Positions 28,740-44,729 are shown, numbered from the stretch's first letter. The stretch is 64,000 nucleotides of DNA from Eledone cirrhosa (GCA_964016885.1 OZ024753.1:46066001-46130000), one strand, 5' to 3'. Made by a program: numbers and translations. Notes: a model not told the origin generated them from the letters alone.

Positions 28740-30434
28740 ACAGGTCTTACTAAGTCATCCGCGTTCTTTCTTACGTTCTATTTTCTTTATTACGAAATAT
28801 TTTTGTTACTTTGTTACTCTATCTATTCTGGTCCTTTATTCGATTCTCTACTCTCTCCTTCCCTCCCTCTCTCTCTCTCTCTCTCCCTCTCTATCTATCT
28901 TTTCTTTCTGTTGTCCTCTCCAACATATATTTTCTATTTCACTTGATTGACCATTCACACACCCCACCTCTGTGCCCTGTCATTCTCTTCGTTTTTATTT
29001 CACTACTTTTCTTTATTTATTTATGTCCCTTTACATTCCAGTGTCCTTCTCCTTCCCCATCTTCTTTTTTCTGTCTTCTATCTTATACAACTTTCATTCT
29101 TCTAGCGCCTATTATTTTCTTAGTTTCCCATCGACAATTATTCATTGTTTCTTTTCCCTTTCTTTACAACCGACCTTCATCATGGACATCTTATTTCATT
29201 CTTCCTTTTTCCTTCCTTTTATTTTCCACATCATCCTATAGTTGTCTCCCTGTTTGTCCTTTACTTAAACCTATATTTATTTGTTTGTCGTTTATATATT
29301 TTTAACCTTCTTTTATTCAACGATCTATTCATTTCTTTATTGGTCTCGTGTCCATATCTTCATATTTGCAGCATCTCCCATATGTAATCATTATATTTTT
29401 CTCATATGCTATTGTGTTTTGCTCCATTGGAAACCGCGTATTAAAGAGAGACGAAACATGCTTTAGAGTTACAGTTGGTTTTTACATTTTATAATCAATT
29501 CTCTTGTCCAAACTGCAGGGGTTCATTTTATTGTTGTCTCTGCGTTGTTTATTGTCGTTAATAATTTCTCTTCTTCTACATAATGTTGGCATTCTCCTTT
29601 TTACTTCTGATTTCTCATAGCTAAGCAAAAATGGATTAGCCAATTAATTTGACTGGAAAATTATGTACTATAGATTATTGTGAAGAGGTGGGACAGGACC
29701 CATGGCTTTTTAAATATCTCAATCAGTCGTTTAGACAAAAGGTTGTGGAAAGTTAATAGAAACAATATCGTCTTGATATTGTTAAACAAAACTGTTATCT
29801 TCGCATTATCGATATTTTAAAACCAAATACTCAGGAGTATATATTAGGGGAAAAAACAATACAATAACCACAACAAAAACGGTGACAATTTTATATAAAT
29901 ATAGAGGTCATAAAAGAGTGTTGTTGCTGTTGTTGTTGTTGGAAGAAATGTCTGTGGTGGTAGTGGTAGTGAGTAACACCAATTCTAATCAATCACTCCT
30001 ATAGAAAATATAGATCAAGACATAACCACCCAGTATGTTTCTAAAATTAAACTGATTTCATTTTTTAGAGATGTCCGTTTTACCCTATGTTTTATCCTAT
30101 GTTTTACCCTATGTTTTACCCTATGTTTTATCATGGTATAATAAGAAAAAACATTCGAGAAAATATGTATATTCCATTCAAATGCTGGAATATTTGAACA
30201 AGATAGACAGAATAGCAACCCACCATACGAGACTTTGAAAGTTAGTGTGAAATAAACGTAATTTATATAAAGAATACAGCAATAGTTCATTAACTGAATT
30301 TGACCAAATATTTCCTATCTTAATGAGAGTTCTAACAGCACGACTTAAAACAATCTGCAATTAGAATTCCTGTTGCGATTTCAACTAACTACAAAATTAC
30401 GCAATGACTATATGGACCAGCTTCTACCGTCATA

Positions 30435-30567
<133 letters not shown>

Positions 30568-30706
30568 TAACAGATTAAAGTTTAAGCAAAGAATCGCTGC
30601 TTTCACCCTTAAGATACATATATATATATTTGGAGTATATCAAAGAAAAATATAACACCTAAATAGATATAGCAAAATTAATATATCAACACGTATAGTA
30701 ATGTGC

Positions 30707-30740
<34 letters not shown>

Positions 30741-31084
30741 GTATGTATGTGCGTGTGTTTGTGTGTGTGTGTGTGTATGTATATGCCTATGCATGCTTAT
30801 ACGTATGAGTGTGTATATTTAAACACGCACATATATCTATGATATATATATATATCAATGTGTGTGTGTATGTACGTATATACCTACACACATGCGTGTT
30901 TGTGTGTGTGCGTGTCTGCATATGTTGATGTGTGTACGTGTATACATTTTATATATATATACATATATATATATATACATATATACATATATACATATAT
31001 ATATATATATACATATATATATACATATATATATACATATATATGTATATATATATACATATATATATACATATATATATATAC

Positions 31085-31129
<45 letters not shown>

Positions 31130-31152
31130 CATATATATATACATATATATAC

Positions 31153-31255
<103 letters not shown>

Positions 31256-31542
31256 AAATATGTATAGTGTATTCTCTATTTCAATCTAAGATTGTGGCTG
31301 TAAAAATTAATTGAATGGTACAACAACAACAACAACAAATATAAAAGCTACATTAAAAACAAAAGAAACAACAATAAAAACAATATGTATAACACAAATT
31401 CAACAAAACTATTACCAACAACAGCAACAATAACAACTACAGCAACAGCAACACTAACAGCAACAACAACAACAGCTCAGTTAATGCAACGTTCCAAATA
31501 GTACATAGTATATATATATATATATAAATATATGCATGTACC

Positions 31543-31584
<42 letters not shown>

Positions 31585-31660
31585 TGTACGTATGTATATA
31601 TATATATATATATCTATGTATGTACGTATGTATATATATATCTATATCTATATATGTACG

Positions 31661-31694
<34 letters not shown>

Positions 31695-31695
31695 C

Positions 31696-31766
<71 letters not shown>

Positions 31767-31774
31767 TATATACG

Positions 31775-31869
<95 letters not shown>

Positions 31870-31895
31870 GTATATATATATATATATATATGTAC

Positions 31896-32009
<114 letters not shown>

Positions 32010-32304
32010 GTACATATATAGATATCTATATATATATATATATATATATGTATACGTACATATATAGATATCTATATATATATATATATATATACATACG
32101 TACATACATAGATATATATATATAGGGCCAAAAAAGACATTATGAAGTAAAAAGAAACCGCATTAAACATGGCAGAATCTATTCTAGCGTGTTCTACATG
32201 GTATGTCGTCCACCGGATTTCAATTAAAATTTCACAATGGTGTCACCCTAATCATTTCAACCATATTGTTCCACAGCACACACCTACCACCCTCCTTCAC
32301 TTTC

Positions 32305-32347
32305 ATCATATCATCCTCATCATCCTCATCATCATCATCATCATCAC

Positions 32348-32406
<59 letters not shown>

Positions 32407-33527
32407 CAATCATCACCATCATCATTACGATCCTCGTCGACGTCGTCTTAGTGTTTGGCAACAACGTCGTCGTTATCGTTACCGCCAGCCTCATGTTTCC
32501 ACATCTTTGTCATCACTATTACCATCACATGTCCCCCACCCCACCACCACCATTCCCGTCACCCTCCTCTTCATCAACGCCGTCTTCTTCCTTGTCAGCA
32601 CCATTCCCATCATCGATCGAACCATCCCTATCATCACCAGCAACATAACCATAATCATTTCCATTAAAACCTGAATCAACACCACCATCATCATCATCAT
32701 CATCATAGTCATCATAACTCTAACCCTAACCCTAAACCTCATCATCATCGCCACCACCACCACCTCCATCAACACCACCACCCTCATCATCACCACCATC
32801 ATCACCATCACCACCACCACCACCTCCATCAACACCGCCATCATCATCATCATCGCCACCACCACTACCTCCATCAACACCACCATCATCATCACCACCA
32901 CCACCATCATCATCACCACCTCCATCAACACCACCGCCATCACCACCACCACCACCACCTCCATCAACACCACCATCATCACCATCACCACCACCACCAC
33001 CTCCATCAACACCACCATCATCATCATCACCACCACCACTACCTCCATCAACACCACCACCATCACCACCACCACCTCCATCAACACCACCACCACCACC
33101 TCCATCAACACCACCACCACCACCTCCATCAACACCACCATCACCATCATCACGATCACCACCACCATCATCATCACCACCACCACCTCCATCAACACCA
33201 CCACCATCACCATCATCACCACCACCACCACCATCAACACCACCACCATCACCATCAATATCCCAATCACCATCTATTTAAGAGAAGACATTCTAATTAG
33301 GATCAGATCTCTGATCAACTTCACAAATACTGCAACTACTAAAACTAATATTACTACTACCACTACATCTAACACACCACCACCACTACTACCTTCTCTA
33401 CCACTACTTCCTTCTCTACCACTACCTCTACCACTATCTGTACCACGACTACCTTCTCTACCACTTCTACTACCATCCTTTCTAACCCCTTTACTGACAC
33501 CACCACCACCACCATTACTACTACTAC

Positions 33528-33559
<32 letters not shown>

Positions 33560-33563
33560 TTAA

Positions 33564-33604
<41 letters not shown>

Positions 33605-34260
33605 TCACTACACCGGGAAATGACACCCACCCCCTCACCATAAACGACATCATTTAATACTAGTTTGATCATTATACCATTCCCTCTTCTTCATAATCTT
33701 GACATTTATCAATACCACCACTACCTTCTCCCCCACTTCAATCAATGTTAGCTCCCCACCACCATCAGTACCTCCACGACTGCCATGACCATCACTACCA
33801 TCCTGACCACCTTCAGTATCACATGACAACCACCACCACAGCAACAATCATCACAACCCATGTCACCACCATAACCACACGACAACCAACACCTACACCA
33901 TCACCAACACCAACACAACCACTACCATCACCATCACCACCATTACCACACGACAACCATCACCACCATAACCACCAATACCATCAACACCACTAACACC
34001 ATCACCATCACCACGATAATCACCATCACCACAACAACCACCAATACTATCACCATCACCATCACCACGACAACCACCAATACCATCAACACCACCAACA
34101 CCATCACCAACACCAACACCAACACAAACACCAACACCAACACCAACACCAACACAGCCACTACCATCACCATCACCACGACAACCACCAATACCATCAA
34201 CACCACCGACACCACCTCCACCACAGGCAGCAGTAGACGACTTCCAAGCCATCCATCACC
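32305..34260. repeat. Compound (CAT)n/(CAC)n/(TAC)n low-complexity block
   Basis: Direct inspection; variable ...acctccatcaacaccacc... units at about 32750-33270. Confidence 0.9.
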
Positions 34261-34369
34261 AACACAATCAATAACATCACTTTCAACATAATTTTCGTCC
34301 AGTACCTTCGTATCGAACACTGACAAAAATCAACACCATCCCCAACACTTACTCCACCATCAGTGCCAC

Positions 34370-34945
34370 CACTACAAGCACCAGAACAACCACAACCACT
34401 ACAACTACCACCACCGTCACCACAACCAATACAACTACCATCACCGTCACCACAACCACTACAGCTACCACCAACATCACTACAACCACTACAACTACCA
34501 CCACCATCACCACAACCACTACAACTACCACTACCATCATCAGAACCACTACAACTACCACCACCACCACCATCACCACAACCACTACAACTACCACCAC
34601 CATCACCACAAATACTACAACTACCACCACCATCACCACAACCAATACAACTACCACCACCATCACCACAACCAATACAACTACCACCACCATCACCACA
34701 ACCAATACAACTACCACCACCATCACCACAACCACTACAACTACCACTACCATCACCACAACCACTACAACTACCACCACCATCACCACAACCACTACAA
34801 CTACCACCACCATCACCACAACCACTACAACTACCACCACCATCACCACAACCACTACAACTACCACCATCATCACCACAACCACTACAACTACCACCAC
34901 CGTCACCACAACCACTACAACTACCACCACCGTCACCACAACCAG
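34370..34945. repeat. 30-bp minisatellite, about 19 copies
   Basis: Unit ctaccaccaccatcaccacaaccactacaa. Confidence 0.92.
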
Positions 34946-34954
34946 GAAAACCAG

Positions 34955-35960
34955 TATAACCAGCAGTGTCACCACCACAACCACCAACCACCATAACCAG
35001 CAGTGTCACCAACACAACCACCAACCACCATAACCAGCAGTGTCACCACCACAACCACCAACCACCATAACCAGCAGTGTCACCAACACAACCACCAACC
35101 ACCATAACCAGCAGTGTCACCACCACAACCACCAACCACCATAACCAGCAGTGTCAGCACCACAACCACCAACCACCATAACCAGCAGTGTCACCACCAC
35201 AACCACCAACCACCATAACCAGCAGTGTCACCACCACAACCACCAACCACCATAACCAGCAGTGTCAGCACCACAACCACCAACCACCATAACCAGCAGT
35301 GTCACCAACACAACCACCAACCACCATAACCAGCAGTGTCACCACCACAACCACCAACCACCATAACCAGCAGTGTCACCAACACAACCACCAACCACCA
35401 TAACCAGCAGTGTCACCACCAAAACCACCAACCACCATAACCAGCAGTGTCACCACCACAACCACCAACCACCATAACCAGCAGTGTCACCACCACAACC
35501 ACCAACCACCATAACCAGCAGTGTCAGCACCACAACCACCAACCACCATAACCAGCAGTGTCACCACCACAACCACCAACCACCATAACCAGCAGTGTCA
35601 CCACCACAACCACCAACCACCATAACCAGCAGTGTCACCACCACAACCACCAACCACCATAACCAGCAGTGTCACCAACACAACCACCAACCACCATAAC
35701 CAACTGTATCACTAACACAACCACCAACCACCATAACCAGCAGTGTCACCAACACAACCACCAACCACCATAACCAGCAGTGTCAGCACCACAACCACCA
35801 ACCACCATAACCAGCAGTGTCACCAACACAACCACCAACCACCATAACCAACTGTATCACTAACACAACCACCAACCACCATAACCAGCAGTGTCACCAC
35901 CACAACCACCAACCACCATACCAGCAGTGTCACCACCACAACCACCAACCACCAACCACC
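34955..35960. repeat. 37-bp minisatellite, about 27 copies
   Basis: Unit ccataaccagcagtgtcacc(a/c)acacaaccaccaacca; the period is not a multiple of 3. Confidence 0.92.
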
Positions 35961-36029
35961 ATGACCTCTACCAACACCACAAACAATAAAAAGGACTTAA
36001 CGGGGGAGATCTATGTGGTAACGTGACAT

Positions 36030-36210
36030 TCTAGAAATAGCAACCAAACTGCCATAAATCACGTCGTACAATTGTATAATGATGTCCTGGTGTCATGACA
36101 TCGGAATATAATGCGGGATGGTCACTGTGGAAATAGCTTTCGTCATAGATCTTCCCTTTTACCTCTGACCTTGGGCTAAAGACAACACCAGTAACGACAA
36201 CAACAACAAC
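36030..36210 (+). repeat. Dispersed repeat ending in (CAA)n; related copy at about 49170-49360
   Basis: Both copies begin ctagaaatag.a.c.aaa and end ...gacct..ggctaaa..(caa)n. Confidence 0.55.
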
Positions 36211-36214
36211 ATGC

Positions 36215-36700
36215 TTTAGCCATGACATTGATACGTTCTCCATGATCATATCTATAAATAAGATAACCATGTAGCTCCGTTCTATTGTCCATTAATGGTT
36301 TCTGTGTATTTATAATTAATGCTTCATTACTTCTTAAATTCACTACATTCCTCTCCAATGCCTCTATGGGGACGTCAATGTCTTGGTTGCAGAATGTTCA
36401 CACAGAAAGCTCTTGTGTTTATGTGGTCTGTCATCCTTATGTGTGACATCCTGACAGTACAATGTATGTGGACCCACATAATCTGCATGTAACTGTCTAT
36501 AACATATACCCTATGATGCACACTTCCTCGTATTTGATGGAAAAATTAGGAAGGGTGTATCTATCATTATATGTAGATCGGGGTTTGAAGAGTAGTCTCC
36601 CCATGAGACTCGAGTTTGCCAGATATATGTCCAGATCATCCCTAGGATAGCTTGTCTTCTCATTGCAATACGGAGGCTTTATTCTCTTAGGTGGTGTCTT
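36215..36700 (-). pseudogene. Decayed R4/Dong-like (RLE-type) non-LTR retrotransposon C-terminal region
   Basis: One frame with stops: SYPRDDLDIYLANSSLMGRLLF...TCRLCGSTYIVLSGC...TQELS...ERNVVN...KPLMDNRTELH, paralleling the R4-type D..ASN.WL.G.LF, CRLC...H.ISGC knuckle and QTDR.I.NRPD regions. Confidence 0.45.
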
Positions 36701-36834
36701 GGTATTTCAAGGTTAGGTGAGAGAAATTGGGCAAACGTTTTAAGTGAGAACTCCTTGGAATTCTTCCATGCTGGTGTATATATTGCTACGCTCGCTGCTT
36801 CTGTTGCGCATCCAATAGATCTCATTCAAAACAT

Positions 36835-36897
<63 letters not shown>

Positions 36898-37076
36898 GGC
36901 AGACAGACATGGCTAATTATATAACAGCACACTATCTATTTCTCATCTGTCTATCATTTGTATCAAACCTGTATCAATTAATCGGTGACTCACCATCTAT
37001 CTCTATGTGTGTATATACGCTTCTCACTCTTTATCTCTTTCTCCCCCTCTCTCACTATATAAATAAATATATATGA

Positions 37077-37140
<64 letters not shown>

Positions 37141-37207
37141 AAAAAAATATATATATATATAAATATATATAAATGTAAGAATACACCCACATTCATTTAT
37201 ACACGCA

Positions 37208-37347
<140 letters not shown>

Positions 37348-37757
37348 CATATATATATATATATATATTATCAGCGCGTAATATTAAAAGGAGATTATTC
37401 AGATAAACTTTCAATAAGATCATATGATATAATTACAAATCTAGACTGTTGTTCGATTGATCTAGTATATTTAGAGAAAGACTGTTGAGATAATGGTAGG
37501 GTGGTGGTGGTGGTGGCGTAGGTGGTGCTTATCGTAGGAGTGGTAGATATACATATAGGGGCTGGTAGCGACCCTGATATATATATATGATGGTGGTGGT
37601 TGGCATGGAGGGACAGACGGATGGGTTGAGACTAAGATTATTATCGTAGTCATGGATACTATTGTAACTACAACAAAAGATTCATTATTCAGCGCTTTAG
37701 AACGCCTATGTCTGTATGGTGAGTCATTTACACTTCTCGTACACACACAGAGATTAG

Positions 37758-37791
<34 letters not shown>

Positions 37792-38389
37792 GTATACACA
37801 CTCACACACACAGATATATATATATGTACATATATATTTATATATACATATATATTTATATATACATATATATTTATGTATATATATATATATATATATA
37901 TACATATATATTTATATATACATATATATTTATATATATATATATATATGTAAATATAATATATGTATGCATATGTGTATACGTACATATCTATATATGT
38001 GTGTGGATACGCGTATCTGCAGGTGTATGGAATTGTGGGAAATTATGTATACATATCTAGGTTATAATGTATATGTAATGGAGCGTAAACACTGATTAAG
38101 AATCTTAATGTAGCCTCAGAGGAATTACAACCAACACGCACACGTACACACACTCATGCATACATACACACACACTTATACATATATATATATATATATA
38201 TGTGTGTATGTGTGTGTTTCTGTGTGTGTGTGTGTTTGAGTCGTTAATTGTTTTATTTCTCATATATCATGATGTCATCCCCATTAGATCTCGTTTCTGC
38301 GCATGATAGAGAAACGTGTGACACTTTACGACTTTTTCAAGACATTTAATCAAATCTCCTAGTACAACTAGCAAACCTCTTTTTACAAT

Positions 38390-38775
38390 TTGATTTTGAA
38401 ATAGGTTTATTAATTTTCATTGCACCTTTGTAGTTGTCTCGGTGGCCGAGTTGGAGGAATCGTAGACGGTGGTGATCCTGGTCTGAAGTTTGATCCTGGT
38501 CGGGAGTAGGGTTCCCGGTAAACCTTTTCAGTTTTTATCTGTTTGTTGTAAAACAGAAACTTTTCATGTACCAACGACTAGGATTGAACCCAAGACCAGG
38601 ACTGAACCGAATATCAGGATCTCCACCGTCTCTACTCCCTACCGCTAGGCCACTGAGACAACTACGAAAATCTACTGAAAATTCATATTTATAAACCTAC
38701 TTTCAAAATGTTCAATGCTAACGTGGGTACCCTGCGGCCCACTTGCCATTGGGCAACCTGGCCATTCCGCCTCTG
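38390..38775 (-). mobile_element. Second copy of the twin-tRNA MITE, opposite orientation, one end missing
   Basis: The end at 38775 read on the minus strand is cagaggcggaatggccaggttgccca, matching 5818; inverted tRNA-like arms at about 38393-38501 and 38575-38709. Confidence 0.8.
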
Positions 38776-38807
38776 AATATATACATATGCATATATATAT
38801 ATATATG

Positions 38808-38874
<67 letters not shown>

Positions 38875-39401
38875 AGATATAGTTATATTGAGACGGGTGG
38901 GATTTTGTGTGAATGTGTATGTGGGGGTTTGACTACATATTCGTGCGATTGTATTCATTCCAGTCAGATCCTTTCTCGTTGTGAATAACTATGTGGAGTC
39001 TATAAACATTTGTCCTAGTGAGGTATAAAAATATTTCCTTATTCTTTGATTTAGTGAAAAGATCGCTGAGGATTCACTGTGCGTCTTCTTAATACGATGT
39101 GTTGAACTTGTGGCAGTGACCTTAGTAATGATGGAGATGCATGGATTGTCCAAACACTAATTATGGACTAGCATACAAATCTGTCATGCTATATTCTACA
39201 CAAATACTGATAGAATTTCATGCAGAATCCTTATAATTCTCAACATTCATCCTTCGTTAAAATCAAAACATTGAGCCTCGGGCGTATCTTTTAACTTGCA
39301 TAATATTAACGATCTACATATCTAAGCATATATGTATGTACACACACACACACACACACACAAAGAACAATCACACACACAAACACACACCACACACACA
39401 A

Positions 39402-39462
<61 letters not shown>

Positions 39463-39576
39463 TATATAATTCTCAAACTATATATCAATGTATTTCTCTA
39501 TCTCTCCTTCACCACATATATATAGAGGGAAGGAGAGAGGGAAGGTGAGAGAGTGTGTATGCGAGACGGACAGACA

Positions 39577-39607
<31 letters not shown>

Positions 39608-39757
39608 TGTGTGTGTGCGTGTGTGTACGGAGATAGACAGATAGATGGGGAGAGAGGCAGGTAGATTGATAGAAAAATACTATGAGACCCCCCCCCCCTT
39701 GATTGTATCTATGCATAGTTAATCATACTTCAATGTATCAATACACACCCACACACA

Positions 39758-39804
<47 letters not shown>

Positions 39805-40789
39805 CGGCAAATATGCAGACATTCATGAATGCTTAATGCACATATACATATACTTACATAATACATATATATATGTGTGTATTTATATATTAATCCGTTT
39901 CTATATAAATTGCTATTTATGCAGATTTATTTCTGTAAATAAGAATGTGTACATGCCTACATATCCGCTTCTTATTCCTAATTATTAAACAGTTGTATAT
40001 ATATATCTATATATGTATATACAGAGAGAGAAAGGGAGGGGGAGATAGATAGATAGATAGAGAGAGAGAGAGTTAGAGAGAGAGAGAGAGAGAGAGTTAG
40101 AGAGAGAGTTAGGGAGAGAGAGAGAGAGTTAGGGAGAGAGAGAGAGAGAGTGAGGGAGAGAGAGAGAGACGCAAGCGATATCTCTTACAGAACATCACTT
40201 CAGGAGCGGAATTATTAAAAATGTAAAAATATTTTAACATTTTCAAAACCTGACTAAAGGAATACAATAACTCATTATAACGTAATGGCAATTAAATGCA
40301 TTTGAAATGTGCATAATAGGTGTGATATACAACAATAACTGGAATGTAAAAGGTTAATCCGCCTCATCTTTTAAACATATATATATATATATATATGTGT
40401 GTTTGTTTGTGTGTATTATATACATATATGTGTGTGTGTATGTGTTTATTTGTGGGTGTGTGGTCGTGTTTGAAGTTGATGTATTCATGTGAGCTTAGGA
40501 TCTTTAAGTGTTCTATTTATTTTACCTAGCAATTCTTGAGGTTTTAATTGACTACATCGAAGTAAGTCATCGAAGTAAGTCATCGAAGTAAGTCCTAGAT
40601 TCTCACTGTTCTTTCTCATACCTCTTATTTATTTTTGTTCAATATGGGAATATATATTACCAATATGTATACTATATATATATATATTTATATATATATA
40701 TATATATATATACAGACAGAGTCACAGACATCCATATATATATCCACACATGAATATACGAACATAAACATATATCTAAATCCATATAA

Positions 40790-40835
<46 letters not shown>

Positions 40836-40859
40836 GTGTGTGTATGTATATATGTGTAT

Positions 40860-40901
<42 letters not shown>

Positions 40902-40902
40902 T

Positions 40903-41025
<123 letters not shown>

Positions 41026-41066
41026 ATATATATATATATATTTGTATATATATATATATATATTTG

Positions 41067-41108
<42 letters not shown>

Positions 41109-41196
41109 TATTTGTATATATATATATATATATTTGTATATATATATATATATATATATTTGTATATATATATATATTTGTATATATAGATATATT

Positions 41197-41302
<106 letters not shown>

Positions 41303-41367
41303 CTTATAAATATATAAGTATATATATATGTATATGTATCTATCTATCTCTATCTATCTCTCTCTCC

Positions 41368-41427
<60 letters not shown>

Positions 41428-41832
41428 GGAGACTAGCAAAGATATCGCAAGTTAGATAGATGGACATGTATATATGCCGCACCAAATCAAAAACATGGTG
41501 TGAAAATAACTCATCGTTTACGAAATAATGTAGGTGTTGACAACGCTGTGATAACTATATGGTTTGAAATGTAAAGAAGATAGAGAATATATCTCATAAT
41601 GTGATTTTTCTATCGATTGCGAAAAGATAATGGGTTGAGTAAATAAACCCCGAAATTATTAGTGCATAAGATGAAAATATATAAAAATATACCGACAAGA
41701 TGATAAAAAAATATATAAGAGAAAATATATGTTTTTCTCATTCACTCGTTGACTATCGATTTTTAGATTATAGCATTGCGTTAATCGTGATAATGTCTAA
41801 CATATAATATATCTATACAGACACACACACAT

Positions 41833-41911
<79 letters not shown>

Positions 41912-42003
41912 GAGAGGAGAGACACACGCACAAACGACAAACGCCAAAATACACATACGAACACTAATACACACACACACAAACAAACACAGACACACAC
42001 ACA

Positions 42004-42034
<31 letters not shown>

Positions 42035-42159
42035 TCTACGAAAGACAAGAGAACGATAAATACATAAGAGTTCTAATTACGAAAAGGTACTCAGCCATAC
42101 AAGGAATACGTAGAGGTGTATCCAGTAAACAGAAGATGGGTGTCAGAGCGTGATTAAAC

Positions 42160-42209
<50 letters not shown>

Positions 42210-42338
42210 CATAGGTGTGTGTGTGTGTGTATACATATGTGTGTGTGTTAGGTAATTCCAAAACAAGGGGAAAAAAGAGTGCTCTATGTATAGAAAAGAG
42301 CTATTTAATTAGAAAGTGAACAACACTAAATATAACTA

Positions 42339-42406
42339 CTCCATTACCAAAGGTTTCTGGATCCCAGACAATATTAATATACGTCTGGATCGTTCGTCAG
42401 ACAGAG
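42339..42406 (-). ncRNA. Type I hammerhead ribozyme (left arm of the palindrome)
   Basis: Minus strand ctctgt-CTGACGA-ac-gatccagac...gtctgggatc-ca-GAAA-CC-ttt-GG-TA-atggag; stems I, II and III pair. Confidence 0.8.
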
Positions 42407-42416
42407 ATGTCATCAT

Positions 42417-42486
42417 CTCTGTCTGACGAACGATCCAGACGTATATATTATTATCGTATGTGATCCAGAAACCTTTGGTAATGGAG
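42417..42486 (+). ncRNA. Type I hammerhead ribozyme (right arm of the palindrome; stem II partly decayed)
   Basis: CTGACGA 42423-42429, GAAA 42468-42471, stem III ACC-ttt-GGT, GUA site ending 42480, stem I ctctgt/atggag. Confidence 0.72.
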
Positions 42487-42513
42487 TAGTTATATTTTGT
42501 GTTGTTCACTTTC

Positions 42514-42559
<46 letters not shown>

Positions 42560-42577
<18 letters not shown>

Positions 42578-43045
42578 ATATTTCTGATACCGTTTAATTG
42601 ATTGAGACTGCCCGTGTATATGAGCCATATGAAGATCTGAGAAATCATTCTGTCATAAGTTAAGACTGTGTTCGTCCGGTGTGTATATGTTGTGTATACT
42701 TGGAATTCTGTGTATATATTAATGGCAGATATGTCGAGTTGCCCTCCAATAGAAATCTTTCTAGTAGAGAGATCCACTATTATTTTAGGAACATGTGTCA
42801 GGTTTTACAATTAAAATTTCTCCTGATTTAAACATACACGATATAACGTCGGTTAGGTTGGTTTGAGTTCCACTTTCAGAGCGACGACACCTTTTCAGTG
42901 TTGATATTGACGTTGAAGGGAAGAATTGTGTGATGGTCAATAGGTATATTTTTAGGAATATTGGTTGGATTTTGCTTTGGATATTTTCTTGTAATCTCCA
43001 AAGCTTTGGATTGTGGTTGGTTTGTACCTTAGAATGGCTTCAGCA
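42560..43045 (-). pseudogene. Decayed Penelope GIY-YIG endonuclease and linker remnant
   Basis: Minus strand fragments KALEITRK...NIP, FKSGEILIVKPDTCS*N, DFY/IG and HRI...IYTPDEH resemble PLE F..G..F.IK..TC.S.N..Y...YIG.T...H...I; oriented toward the HHR-bearing pseudo-LTR at 42249-42409. Confidence 0.45.
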
Positions 43046-43054
43046 GTGTATATA

Positions 43055-43132
43055 CAGGGTGTCCCCAAAACATATATATACACTTCAACACCATGCTTAT
43101 CAAAGTAGGTATACATTTTGGGGGAAGCACTG
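43055..43132. mobile_element. Tiny Tc1/mariner-type MITE
   Basis: TA-cagggtgtccccaaaa ... ttttgggggaagcactg, imperfect TIRs. Confidence 0.5.
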
Positions 43133-43939
43133 TGTATATATATATAACACCTTCAACTTCGCATTTTCATCTTTATTAATATACTCCGTCACCCCTGACA
43201 TTGTGAATATGGCGTTGAGTGCTACAAATGAATTGCATACTTGTATACCGAATATATATATATATATATAAATATACATATATATATATACATATATATA
43301 TATATACAGATGCTGGGTCTAGATTATCCAGTTTAGATCTGATGCAATTAACCCTAATTTAAAATCACTGCGGTATTGTATGTTAATTAATTTGAGTTAA
43401 AGTTGATTTTGTTTTTACAGGCATTTTTAGTTGAGAGGGCGGAGGCCGTAATAATTACTGGTATATATTAAAGTTTAACTAGATAGTCACATTCAGTATT
43501 GCTGAAATGGGTGTGTTCAGTTTGTTGATTATCATAATAGGTGGTGTCTTGTATATATTTCGGATAATGAAGCAGTTTTATAGTTTTCAACATCCATAAT
43601 GAATACCTAACTTCCATTATCTCTTTCTATAATTACGATGTAAACAACTTGTAGTGTCACAGTGAAAGACTGACCTGAATATATCCTAACACTTCAGCAG
43701 ACATTGCTTACCCGAGCTCCTCTACAAGTAAATCTAATTATCGACCCTGAATTCAATGGCATTACATTAAATACCACTTACAGAGAGGAGGGGGAGAGAA
43801 ATATACACACACACGCGCACACATTCAGAAAAACACACACAAACACACATTTTCTTCCCTTTTACACGAAAGTATATTTCTATATATTCTCTTCTGTGCC
43901 TCCTCATCTTTCTAGTACTCCATTTCATGTATTTACATA

Positions 43940-44003
<64 letters not shown>

Positions 44004-44212
44004 GTTGAATAAATGGACAGAGAAGAATAAAATAGAGAAGCACTACAAATGGTATGGTGTTTAGTTTCACGCTTGAGAGTGCGGGTGGGGGTGGGACATA
44101 TATATATATATATATGTATCTATCTATATACATATATATATATATATGTATCTATATATATATATATATATGTGTATATGTATCTATATATATATATATA
44201 TGTGTATATGAA

Positions 44213-44289
<77 letters not shown>

Positions 44290-44578
44290 CAGAGCTTTGT
44301 AAGCTCTTTCAAGCCGTCGTGCAATCTGGGTCCAATATTATATTGTACCATCATTACACAAGAAGCAACATTGATTAGTATGTGACAACTAAATATATAT
44401 AAGTGTGTGTGTGTGTGTGTGTGTGTACATATAAATATATACATATATATGTCCGTATGTGCATGTGTGTGCATGTGTGGTATTCAGTCCAATGTATATT
44501 GTCTCTTTACTAAGCAATAACTTTGCAATACAATGTCTGTCAGTGTTGATGGATAGAAAGAGAGTGAGGAAAAAGTAT

Positions 44579-44729
<151 letters not shown>

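Noticed and set aside
32719-32738. Telomere-like (CCCTAA) units
   Set aside because: Only 2-3 units inside low-complexity DNA.
34197-35024. Gly/Cys-rich 275-aa ORF (loricrin- or KAP-like)
   Set aside because: A by-product of a 30-bp repeat open in several frames on both strands; no signal peptide or unique flanking coding sequence; not called as a CDS.
34955-35960. 37-bp repeat as a CRISPR array or mucin exon
   Set aside because: No spacers; the 37-bp period shifts frame and the TAA in each unit closes all + frames.
36031-36358. Short ORFs as an endogenous viral or host gene
   Set aside because: They straddle a dispersed (CAA)n-tailed repeat and a stop-ridden retrotransposon remnant.
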